64,000 nt of DNA, taken from a virus. Taxonomy: Duplodnaviria; Heunggongvirae; Uroviricota; Caudoviricetes. Of the stretch, positions 28,407 to 35,684 are shown in pieces; positions within the stretch are counted from its first letter, which is position 1, and each line of letters opens with the position of its first letter. The position numbers were made by a program, and so were the translations under genes. The DNA lies in IMG/VR virus record IMGVR_UViG_3300026122_000001. One strand, written 5' to 3'. The notes under the pieces were generated by a model that saw only the letters and a list, made by a program, of their open reading frames with translations, was not told where the DNA came from and searched no databases.

Positions 28407-28675
28407 AGGATGCCTTTTGCTAGGGCTACCAAGTAACTGGATATCTTCAACTCGTCTTGAAGCGTGAAGCTACGGTCAGTGCCAGGCTTCGCGTGCATGT
28501 CGACCACAAATGTCACTGTCCCCATGGTCTTGTCTGGACATTCAACACCGGCGGTAATCACCACGCCGCCCAGCCCCAATGCTGGCCAGCGGTCTGCATC
28601 TACGGTCCCATTGTACTTGTCCACCAACGACTGAATATGTCGCAGTCGTGGCTCGCTTCCAATCGGTGCTACCAT
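28403..28675 (-). CDS. hypothetical protein
   Basis: 90-aa ORF immediately upstream of tRNA-Glu. Confidence 0.4.
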   Translation of the reverse strand: MVAPIGSEPRLRHIQSLVDKYNGTVDADRWPALGLGGVVITAGVECPDKTMGTVTFVVDMHAKPGTDRSFTLQDELKISSYLVALAKGIL

Positions 28676-28686
28676 TTGAATCCTCA

Positions 28687-28758
28687 GTGGGGCATAGGGG
28701 AATTGAACCCCTGTTGCCGGGTTGAAGGCCCGGTGTCCTAACCACTAGACGAATGCTC
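28687..28758 (-). tRNA. tRNA-Glu (anticodon TTC)
   Basis: Reverse complement GGAGCATTCGTCTAGTGGTTAGGACACCGGGCCTTCAACCCGGCAACAGGGGTTCAATTCCCCTATGCCCCA. D-arm GTCTAGTGGTTAGGACACC closely matches E. coli tRNA-Glu. Anticodon arm CCGGG-CCTTCAA-CCCGG; T-arm AGGGG-TTCAATT-CCCCT. Confidence 0.8.
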
Positions 28759-29050
28759 CTGGGTCTGCTGTCACAATTCGGTACATGTGTTGAAGAATCT
28801 CTGCCTCACACCAGCTAGAAAAACTTGACAGTGTGTAATCAGCGGCTGCCATATCTACCCAAAATGTGATATACAACGGGCGACCATCCTGGCACGGCAT
28901 CATCACCTGGATCATGCGTCCGCCGGGACCATGCCTGGGTGATGGCTGCACTGTGACCGTGCCACCATACTGAGCCGCCATGGTGCGAATCCGACCCAAC
29001 CTCAGAGGCTTAAAATTCATGGCCACATGGACACTCCCGTTTACGTACAT
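28745..29050 (-). CDS. hypothetical protein (trimmed from longer ORF)
   Basis: The long ORF's N-terminus overlaps the basic zinc-ribbon gene out of frame. An internal Met (MYVNG) gives a 102-aa product. Confidence 0.3.
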   Translation of the reverse strand: MYVNGSVHVAMNFKPLRLGRIRTMAAQYGGTVTVQPSPRHGPGGRMIQVMMPCQDGRPLYITFWVDMAAADYTLSSFSSWCEAEILQHMYRIVTADPGAFV

Positions 29051-29381
29051 GGACCTTTGTCTTACATTCCGGGCACGTCTTCTTTGGCGTGGCCCGCTTC
29101 TTCTTTTTCTTGACTGTCTTTTTGGCTGCTTTCTTCTTGACGGATTTCTTTTTCTTCTTGGGCCCACCCCGGGGTGCGGTCGGCGGCTCGCCATGCTCAA
29201 GGAAGTAAACCAGGTGTCGACATCGTTTGGCCACGTCCGGATATTTCTTGATGATCTTTCGGAGCAACGGGCACTCCCCGTTCTCCTCCAACAGGTAGGA
29301 CCCATCTTCGACAAACACATCGGCCATCAATAGGATGACTTGTATGTCAGCGTCGGTGAAATTCATTCCCATGTCAGTCAC
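29010..29381 (-). CDS. basic Lys-rich protein with C-terminal zinc ribbon
   Basis: KKKK-rich tract and 'CPECKTKVHVRKRECPCGHEF'. Confidence 0.45.
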   Translation of the reverse strand: MTDMGMNFTDADIQVILLMADVFVEDGSYLLEENGECPLLRKIIKKYPDVAKRCRHLVYFLEHGEPPTAPRGGPKKKKKSVKKKAAKKTVKKKKKRATPKKTCPECKTKVHVRKRECPCGHEF

Positions 29382-29652
29382 CGCCTCGCATACAACGCCC
29401 TAGCTGGTCGTCAACCGCTTCGACTTCCTCCCGGACATTCTCTATGCCCCGGACCAGATTTTTCGTTATGGCCCGGTTCGTTGTGATATGCTCCCGAACC
29501 AACTCTGACAACTCATGAAGCTGGTTTGTCAGCGATATCACCGTTGACTGCAACTCAAGAAGGTGGTCAGCAAATTGTCTTTCAATCGGACTCATAGCCA
29601 CCCCATGCGAGAAGCCAACGTGAAGAGGTATGCAGCCATATAAGCAACACAT
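29374..29652 (-). CDS. hypothetical protein
   Basis: 92-aa ORF. Confidence 0.35.
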   Translation of the reverse strand: MCCLYGCIPLHVGFSHGVAMSPIERQFADHLLELQSTVISLTNQLHELSELVREHITTNRAITKNLVRGIENVREEVEAVDDQLGRCMRGGD

Positions 29653-29682
29653 ATCCCCAGGACAAAGAAGCCGACGCTTTGG

Positions 29683-29958
29683 TCACTTAGTTTCATTGGG
29701 CACCTCGGGGCGGAATTTGTATCTCAGCATCACGAGGATACAGGCAGCGTTCATCAAGTAATTGAACATCATCCAACCCACCCAGCCGAACAGCGACCAC
29801 ACACTGATGATATAGCACACCTCGCCGCTCAGCCAGAGCAGCAAGCCCAAGCAGCTAAGTCCACGGGCATGCCCTTCCTTGTGGCACTTCAACGCCTGCG
29901 GAAACCCACAGAGGGCGAAGCACACAGAACCGATCCAACCTATGAGTTCAGGAGTCAT
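29683..29958 (-). CDS. small PQ-loop/LAB_N-like membrane protein (possible holin-like)
   Basis: Three TM segments and 'CGFPQALK' resembling the PQ-loop motif. Confidence 0.4.
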   Translation of the reverse strand: MTPELIGWIGSVCFALCGFPQALKCHKEGHARGLSCLGLLLWLSGEVCYIISVWSLFGWVGWMMFNYLMNAACILVMLRYKFRPEVPNETK

Positions 29959-29967
29959 ATGTTCCGC

Positions 29968-30784
29968 CTACGGGTAGTATTTCATCAGTGCGGACCCATC
30001 GTAACTTGCCCAGAGCTTGGGGTACGTTTCTTTGATGAGCGTGAGCAGAAAACCAAGGTCGCCGCCACCAGTCGACGAGTCTTGGAGGCAACAGTCTGCC
30101 GACTCCAGTATCTCGACGGCGCGAGCTTCGTCAATGTGAACTGTGAAGCCAACCCCGGCGGGGCATTGTTCACTGGCCGGGCCTTCCAGTCTTTCGAGCC
30201 GCTCCTTGAGATCATCATTCTCGTACTTGTCGGCCCGCAATTCACGGATGAGGCCAGCGGCTCCAGCCATGAAGCGTCTGTAGGACCCAACGGAGGCCAC
30301 AGAGGCTACGCTGTCCGCTACGGGTGATCTACCGTCGGCCAACGCATCCATTGCAACCAAGAACCCGTCATAGTACGGTCTGTCATCAAGTTTCATGGCC
30401 TCCAAGGTCTCGCCGTTATGCTTCTGGTCCAACCAGTTATGTCGCCACATGGCCGCCGCTGCCCGCCGCTGCCCGCCACTCCTCGGTGGCCAACCCCCAG
30501 TCGCCGCCATACGAATTGGCGATGATGACCCAGGCCATCTCCAAGTCCTCCGCATACGCCGCTGCCTCGGTGTCCAGTGTCTCAGCAAACATAGACGCCA
30601 ACTCGGGGTCCATGATCTTGTCCGATGTGGCCGGGCCGCACCAACATTGGGCCGCGAGTTCAGTTGCTCGCTGGCTGGGCTTGGGCTTCTCGTACAGGTA
30701 TGTCCGTGGTACGAATGCTGTGTCAGAGTCTTGTTGTGACATGATTTCCTCAGTCATAGAAGATATAGTCCAAATACGCCACAC
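29968..30784 (-). pseudogene. possible frameshifted gene (two overlapping ORFs joined by a 10-bp tandem duplication)
   Basis: ORFs 30437..30784 and 29968..30588 overlap in different frames exactly at 'gcc gctgcccgcc gctgcccgcc' (30448-30475). Removing one 10-bp copy would fuse them in frame. Confidence 0.3.
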
Positions 30785-30847
30785 GGTACACGTTGTTCCA
30801 CTGAGGCCCGGTAATGTACCGACCCAACTGGCGAAGGCCCAGTAATG

Positions 30848-31174
30848 TCAGCGCAAGCAGAATGAGCGGGGAGCCACAATAATGTTGGTGGTCTCATTTA
30901 GGCTGGGAGCCCATCTCTGCAATTTGTCATAGCACCATTTGCTTGATGCCATAAGCCAAACGCCAGCGTACCATCGAATGTTGTTCCACATATCTTGCTC
31001 CCACTCAAAGAACCAATTGCCGCCCCTCTGGATCATCTCTCTCCCCAGTGTTACAGCACCGAGTCGGGCCGAGGCAAACCAGTCCAGAGTTCCCTCGATC
31101 AACTTTCCGGGCGTCCCCTTCGGCGAGCGGACTTGGTCCTCTGTAAGGTGACCCGGGGGCAGCCGCATGGCCAC
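30848..31174 (-). CDS. hypothetical protein
   Basis: 108-aa ORF. Confidence 0.4.
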   Translation of the reverse strand: MAMRLPPGHLTEDQVRSPKGTPGKLIEGTLDWFASARLGAVTLGREMIQRGGNWFFEWEQDMWNNIRWYAGVWLMASSKWCYDKLQRWAPSLNETTNIIVAPRSFCLR

Positions 31175-31239
31175 CAGTGGTCGGTTCCCGTCTCAGTGAC
31201 CAAACATCGATCGGGGCCGTTCTTCCGGGTCATAAGTTT

Positions 31240-31331
31240 GGCCCGTAGAGGAATCGAACCCCTGACTCCCCACCCACCGCCGTGTTCAACATTGGTAGGA
31301 CCAGGGTGCTTTACCACTAAGCTAACGAACC
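31240..31331 (-). tRNA. long (92-nt) tRNA-like gene, anticodon unresolved
   Basis: Reverse complement has acceptor GGTTCGT/ACGGGCC (2 GU pairs), D-arm GCTT-AGTGGTA-AAGC and T-arm AGGGG-TTCGATT-CCTCT. The 44-nt region between D- and T-arms does not fold into a clear anticodon arm by eye. Confidence 0.45.
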
Positions 31332-31341
31332 GAACCGTAAG

Positions 31342-31415
31342 TAGCGGAGGCTGGACTCGAACCAGCGGTCTCCAGGTTATGAGCCTGACGAGATGACCAT
31401 CTTCTCTACTCCGCA
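31342..31415 (-). tRNA. tRNA-Met/fMet/Ile2 (anticodon CAT)
   Basis: Reverse complement: D-arm GAGA-AGATGGTCA-TCTC, anticodon arm TCAGG-CTCATAA-CCTGG, T-arm GCTGG-TTCGAGT-CCAGC, acceptor TGCGGAG/CTCCGCT with a 1:72 T.T mismatch. Confidence 0.7.
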
Positions 31416-31549
31416 CCATCTGGACGGGCTTCTGCTCTGGAGGACAGAAGCCCGCCCGCCTACGTCCAAGTGCCTTTGAATCCTTTGGGTGCGCAAGTCA
31501 CCTGGCACTTGATGAGCCTGTGGCTGGCAGGCTCTCCTGGGTTATTTCT

Positions 31550-32416
31550 TCACGTCGTCACCGAGGTGCAGCAACGGCAGTGGCATTGACGAATTTCCAT
31601 CCATGAAGTAGATTTTGACGCCAGGTCCTTGGAGATCGCTTGCAGTGCCTCCAGGGCTTTCAGCTTGATGTACGCCGGATTACCAGCGACAGCATCATTG
31701 ATGAGTTTGATCGCCGGGGCATCCGCCCTGGCAAGAATCTCGACCTCCAGGGCTTTTTCTGCCGAGGCTTCCCGATCAGCGACGGCCTTGGCCTTCTGCT
31801 GTTGCTGTTGTGTCGCATACAGATCAAGTTTGGCCTTCTCTTCCTCGGCCTCTTGTTCCCGGACCTTCTTACTGACAATGGCGGCCTTGATATGTGGCGG
31901 CAAGTCGATCTTCCGAAGCAACACGGCTTTAATCGTGATATACTTCCCGACTTTCTCCTGTAGTTGGCCCGTGAGATCGGTTTGCATCTTGGTTTGAACT
32001 TGGGCGTCGAACAGTTGTTCGCAGGTAGCCACCGATTTGCCAACCGATCGCATCAACGATCGCAAATTGGGCGTCAACTTCACGGCTATCACTGCATCAC
32101 CGTCGCCGACATCCTGTTTCGCTGCCGGACATGCCGTCGGATTGAGTTCAAAGATCACTGTCACGTCGATATCGGAAACCTGCTGGTCGGCCGTCGGAAC
32201 CGGAATCTTCTCAGTATCGAGCTTCTGTTCTTTGGTGTTGAAATCAGTCCAGGCATAGAACGGATTCACCGGGAAATGCAGGCCTTCGTCATACTGCTCG
32301 TCGACCACGCTGCCAAAGCAGGTTGCTACACCGGTGTCACCGGCATCCACGACTTTGACGAACCGTGCGCCAAAAAAGATGGCGACCAGCAAACTGACCA
32401 CCGCCACAACTCCCAT
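31550..32416 (-). CDS. SPFH/band-7 (prohibitin/HflC-like) membrane protein
   Basis: N-terminal TM, then SPFH-like blocks (IKAVLLRKIDLPPHIKAAI) and a long Glu/Lys/Ala-rich coiled-coil (REQEAEEEKAKLD...). Confidence 0.7.
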   Translation of the reverse strand: MGVVAVVSLLVAIFFGARFVKVVDAGDTGVATCFGSVVDEQYDEGLHFPVNPFYAWTDFNTKEQKLDTEKIPVPTADQQVSDIDVTVIFELNPTACPAAKQDVGDGDAVIAVKLTPNLRSLMRSVGKSVATCEQLFDAQVQTKMQTDLTGQLQEKVGKYITIKAVLLRKIDLPPHIKAAIVSKKVREQEAEEEKAKLDLYATQQQQQKAKAVADREASAEKALEVEILARADAPAIKLINDAVAGNPAYIKLKALEALQAISKDLASKSTSWMEIRQCHCRCCTSVTT

Positions 32417-32531
32417 AGTAACCTCCGCGTACTGACCTTTCGCATTGACTCAACTCCTCAAGGGTGAACGGAAATGTAAACGTGCTTCAAACAAGTCTAG
32501 CATACATCTACCAGCTTGTCAAGTGAAATTC

Positions 32532-33086
32532 TTATGGGTACCAGATTTTCCCATCAAAGAGATTCGTTGCCCCGTTGCCGATGCTGCCATCATACATGAT
32601 GTACTCGACACCCCCGGCCTTGAAAATCTCCATCCCGAGTTCGATTTCCTCTTGCCACCGCTCCGGGGTTTGTTTGATAGCCTGCCAGTGGGCCACTACG
32701 CATTCGATACCCGCAAAGACTATTGCCCTGGCACAATCAGAACAAGCCGCCCAAGGGGCAAACATTGTGGCACCCTCAAGACCAAAGCCATTTCGTGCGG
32801 CACAAAAGACTGCATCTCGCTCGGCATGCTCGATCAGTTTGTACTTCCGTGGCCGTTCATGGTTTCGTGGGTCGTCGCCCAAGTTGCCCGGGAATCGATT
32901 GACCCCATCACAGATGAACCGCCCATCACGGGTGATGGCCACCCCGACCTGTGTGCTTTTGTCCTGGCTGTGTACCTTTGCAAGATCGTAAGCATAGCCA
33001 AGATAGTCCTTGGCATACGGAATCATCGTCAAAATCGGCACCGACTGTGACCCAAAGGTTGCCATCTCTGTTTGTTGCTGTTGCAT
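32532..33086 (-). CDS. dCMP deaminase (CDA-fold zinc deaminase)
   Basis: 'HAERDAV...APWAACSDCA' matches the H-A-E...P-C-x-x-C zinc-binding motif of dCMP/cytidine deaminases. Start trimmed to an internal Met, because the long ORF has an Arg-rich, non-protein-like N-terminus. Confidence 0.7.
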   Translation of the reverse strand: MQQQQTEMATFGSQSVPILTMIPYAKDYLGYAYDLAKVHSQDKSTQVGVAITRDGRFICDGVNRFPGNLGDDPRNHERPRKYKLIEHAERDAVFCAARNGFGLEGATMFAPWAACSDCARAIVFAGIECVVAHWQAIKQTPERWQEEIELGMEIFKAGGVEYIMYDGSIGNGATNLFDGKIWYP

Positions 33087-33171
33087 CACTAACCAGATAA
33101 TTGTGTAAAGGAACGGCCGGGGCGGTCTTAGGAGAACCCGCCCCGGCCAAAGCATCACCTCACCTCGCCTC

Positions 33172-33900
33172 TTAGGTAGCGCGACCACCTGTCGCATCCT
33201 CTTCAACAACCGTACCGCCTTCGTCCACGGGATTGAGGAACTTCTCAATCGCCGCCAATACCTGTTGCGTCGGGAGCCTGACTTCGATCGGGGCCGAACA
33301 GGCAATCGCCACCGGGACATGCCAGGAGAATTGCTTCTGGATGTACCGGACCTTGAGCGTCAGCGGTGTCGCCACCTTCGGCTCCACAATTCGGCCCTTC
33401 TCGGCCGCTGCGACAGCTTGTTCCGGCGTAATCGCCAAGAACGGAAGCATCTTCTTGGATTCGTTCTGGGCGGACCTGGACCCACAGAAGAACTCGCACA
33501 GGGTGTTGGACCCCGAGTCGTAGACCAAAAAGGACAACCCGCACTGGCAGGACGAATTCTTGACTTCCGACATCTGGCGGATTCGCTCGAACTCCGGCTC
33601 GCCGACCGTATACCGCGAGATGATATTGTCTCGATCCGACATGTCCAGGGTTTTCGTCCGGACACCCAGGAGCAGAACGTCAATGCTGATGCCAAGGTCA
33701 ATGACCTCTTCGCCGTCAACAATGCCATAATGGCCGGGCTGAATCTTGCCGGTGTCAATGTACTTTCCCTTGGTGAACAACTGCATCCTGGGGAGAAACG
33801 ATGACCCAGTAGCGAACTGTTCAAGAACGTCAAGACTGACATTCGAGGATGCAGGGAGTTGTTCGATTACCGGGACTAGGGCGTCTTGCTCTTTTTTCAT
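33172..33900 (-). CDS. hypothetical protein
   Basis: 242-aa ORF with good coding appearance; no recognised motif. Confidence 0.45.
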   Translation of the reverse strand: MKKEQDALVPVIEQLPASSNVSLDVLEQFATGSSFLPRMQLFTKGKYIDTGKIQPGHYGIVDGEEVIDLGISIDVLLLGVRTKTLDMSDRDNIISRYTVGEPEFERIRQMSEVKNSSCQCGLSFLVYDSGSNTLCEFFCGSRSAQNESKKMLPFLAITPEQAVAAAEKGRIVEPKVATPLTLKVRYIQKQFSWHVPVAIACSAPIEVRLPTQQVLAAIEKFLNPVDEGGTVVEEDATGGRAT

Positions 33901-34009
33901 AGCAAATACCTCACTTCAGAGAGAAAAGGAAAAAGGAACGAACGTGGGCTGGCACCATTGCCAACCCGATGCTTCTATCATAGTCTGACGTATGGGCGTT
34001 TGTCAATCT

Positions 34010-34966
34010 CTATTCTTCATTATTTTCGGATTTTGGTGCATTTCGTTTAGATCGCTCCCGCAGAATGTCACTTTTCCGTTTTGCAGCGTGGTTGGCAGCA
34101 ATCTTGTCATGTTCAGCTTTGGTCTCGTGCAAAAGGTCCAGCGAGGCAGCATCCATATGGACCGCCCAGGCTAGGGCCATTCGCCAACCATCCAAAGGGG
34201 TTGTGCATTTTGCACCCGGCAGCACTGAGGTAGCGGCTGTCAACCGAAGGCGTTCCTCTTCTATATCCCGGAGGTACCGTAGATGGGGATATGGTGTATA
34301 CCTGTCGGCATAGAATGACTCCATACTGCCTTTGTTGATCGCCTCACGGAAGGCTTTGATCCGACCCTGGGCCATTTGGCGGAACTCTATGACTGGCATA
34401 GTTTCCGCATCATGAATGTGGTCCGGCCGGTAGGACGGATGCATCTGCGAGAGCCAGTAAGAGTTGCTGAGTGTTATTTCACCACGATCCACCTGATGTT
34501 GTAACGCCGCAGTCAATTTCAGTATGCCCAACATCTTGGTGACCCAAAACGGGGATTTGTGTACCATCGCGGCCACATCGGCCAGGGTCAGGCAGGGGTC
34601 GGTTTCCATGATCTTGTTGATTTGACGCGCATATTCTATCCGGGTTGTCTCAGGGCGGATAGCGTTCGCCTGTATCTGGAGCGACAACAAAAGTGTGTCA
34701 GAGACATCGGCGACAATGGCAGGCACGGCGGGGATGAGGGCATCACGGCAGCAGTTAAGCCGGTAGAGCCCGTCGACCACTTCGTATTGATCGGGACCCC
34801 GGTGCGCGGCGGGGCGGACACACAGGCTATTGAGTAACCCATGGTCTTTGATGGAGTCAAGCATCTCCTCGTACAACAAGGTCCGACGGTTGATGACCCG
34901 GAGAACCACCGGTGGTTCGTGGATATTGATAGTCGGTATGACTTGGATATTCGGTATAGTCGACAT
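34010..34966 (-). CDS. ParB/Srx-fold (ParB-like nuclease/partition) protein
   Basis: 'VVDGLYRLNCCRDA' resembles the ParB GxxRxxA box, with a preceding 'IHEPPVVLRVI' block. Start moved to the internal Met, because the upstream part of the ORF runs through a repeat region. Confidence 0.6.
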   Translation of the reverse strand: MSTIPNIQVIPTINIHEPPVVLRVINRRTLLYEEMLDSIKDHGLLNSLCVRPAAHRGPDQYEVVDGLYRLNCCRDALIPAVPAIVADVSDTLLLSLQIQANAIRPETTRIEYARQINKIMETDPCLTLADVAAMVHKSPFWVTKMLGILKLTAALQHQVDRGEITLSNSYWLSQMHPSYRPDHIHDAETMPVIEFRQMAQGRIKAFREAINKGSMESFYADRYTPYPHLRYLRDIEEERLRLTAATSVLPGAKCTTPLDGWRMALAWAVHMDAASLDLLHETKAEHDKIAANHAAKRKSDILRERSKRNAPKSENNEE

Positions 34967-34970
34967 AACT

Positions 34971-35260
34971 GGGCTGGTGACTTTTGGGTGTGAAAAGGAA
35001 CCACCAAGTGTGAAAAGGCACCAGCAACTGCCAATTTGGCATGTGGTGAACTTACAAGACGGACAAAAGGTACACAGTATACTATACGGAAAAAGTCGAC
35101 GTTTTGTCCAGGAAAAAACTGGACTTTCGCCATTTTGTCCAAAGTTTTCAAAATACTGCCGGACTTTCACGGGGCTGGTGCCTTTTGGGTGTGAAACATC
35201 TTTGAGTTTTCACACGATTTAAGAACTTTCACACCTAAAAGGCACCACCCCAGGGTGGTC
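34971..35260. repeat. iteron-like direct and inverted repeats (candidate origin/partition site)
   Basis: A ~26-bp direct repeat 'gggctggtgNcttttgggtgtgaaa' at 34971-34996 and 35172-35197, an inverted partner 'tttcacacctaaaaggcacc' at 35227-35246, and additional 'gtgtgaaaagg' half-sites. An AT-rich palindromic stretch lies at 35345-35370. Confidence 0.5.
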
Positions 35261-35543
35261 TAAGTCCTTTGGTATTCTTCTTTTACAATATCAGACTGTC
35301 TGTTTCAACCTAAAAAGGGTTCAGCGAGTAGCGGTCTATGATTTTTCATTTTGAAAACGCTTTCAAAAATACACCCGTTGCGGCCATCAGTTTTCGCGCT
35401 TTTAGGTTGTGAGCCTCATCGCCGATTCAGTAATCGTTGCATTCCTCATAACCGCACCACCCGTGGTTGTGGTGCCTTAACGTGTGCCAATGACACCAGG
35501 CCAACCAGAAATTTCTTGACTTTCGGTGACTTCCGTGACTAAG

Positions 35544-35580
35544 CCTTGACAGCGGGCCCCACAGCATATTATGATGGTGT
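35544..35580 (+). promoter_or_regulatory. candidate sigma70-like promoter upstream of the primase gene
   Basis: TTGACA (35544), then a TATTAT-like -10 after ~16 nt. The RBS 'AGGAG' sits 8 nt before the ATG at 35685. Confidence 0.25.
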
Positions 35581-35684
35581 GAGATGACACGGATATGCCG
35601 GTTGACCAGAAAATTCAAAGTTTTCCCGGATAATCAACGTCTTCGTGCCGTAATGTATGGTGTAAACACCATTAGGAGCACAGT

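Noticed and set aside
32532-33320. Full 262-aa dCMP deaminase ORF
   Set aside because: The first ~78 residues are Arg/Trp/Pro-rich junk. The deaminase domain begins after an internal Met (MQQQQTEM...).
34967-35170. N-terminal 68 residues of the annotated ParB-like ORF
   Set aside because: This segment runs through the iteron repeat region and encodes low-complexity Cys/Phe-rich sequence. The internal Met just before the conserved ParB block is the more plausible start.
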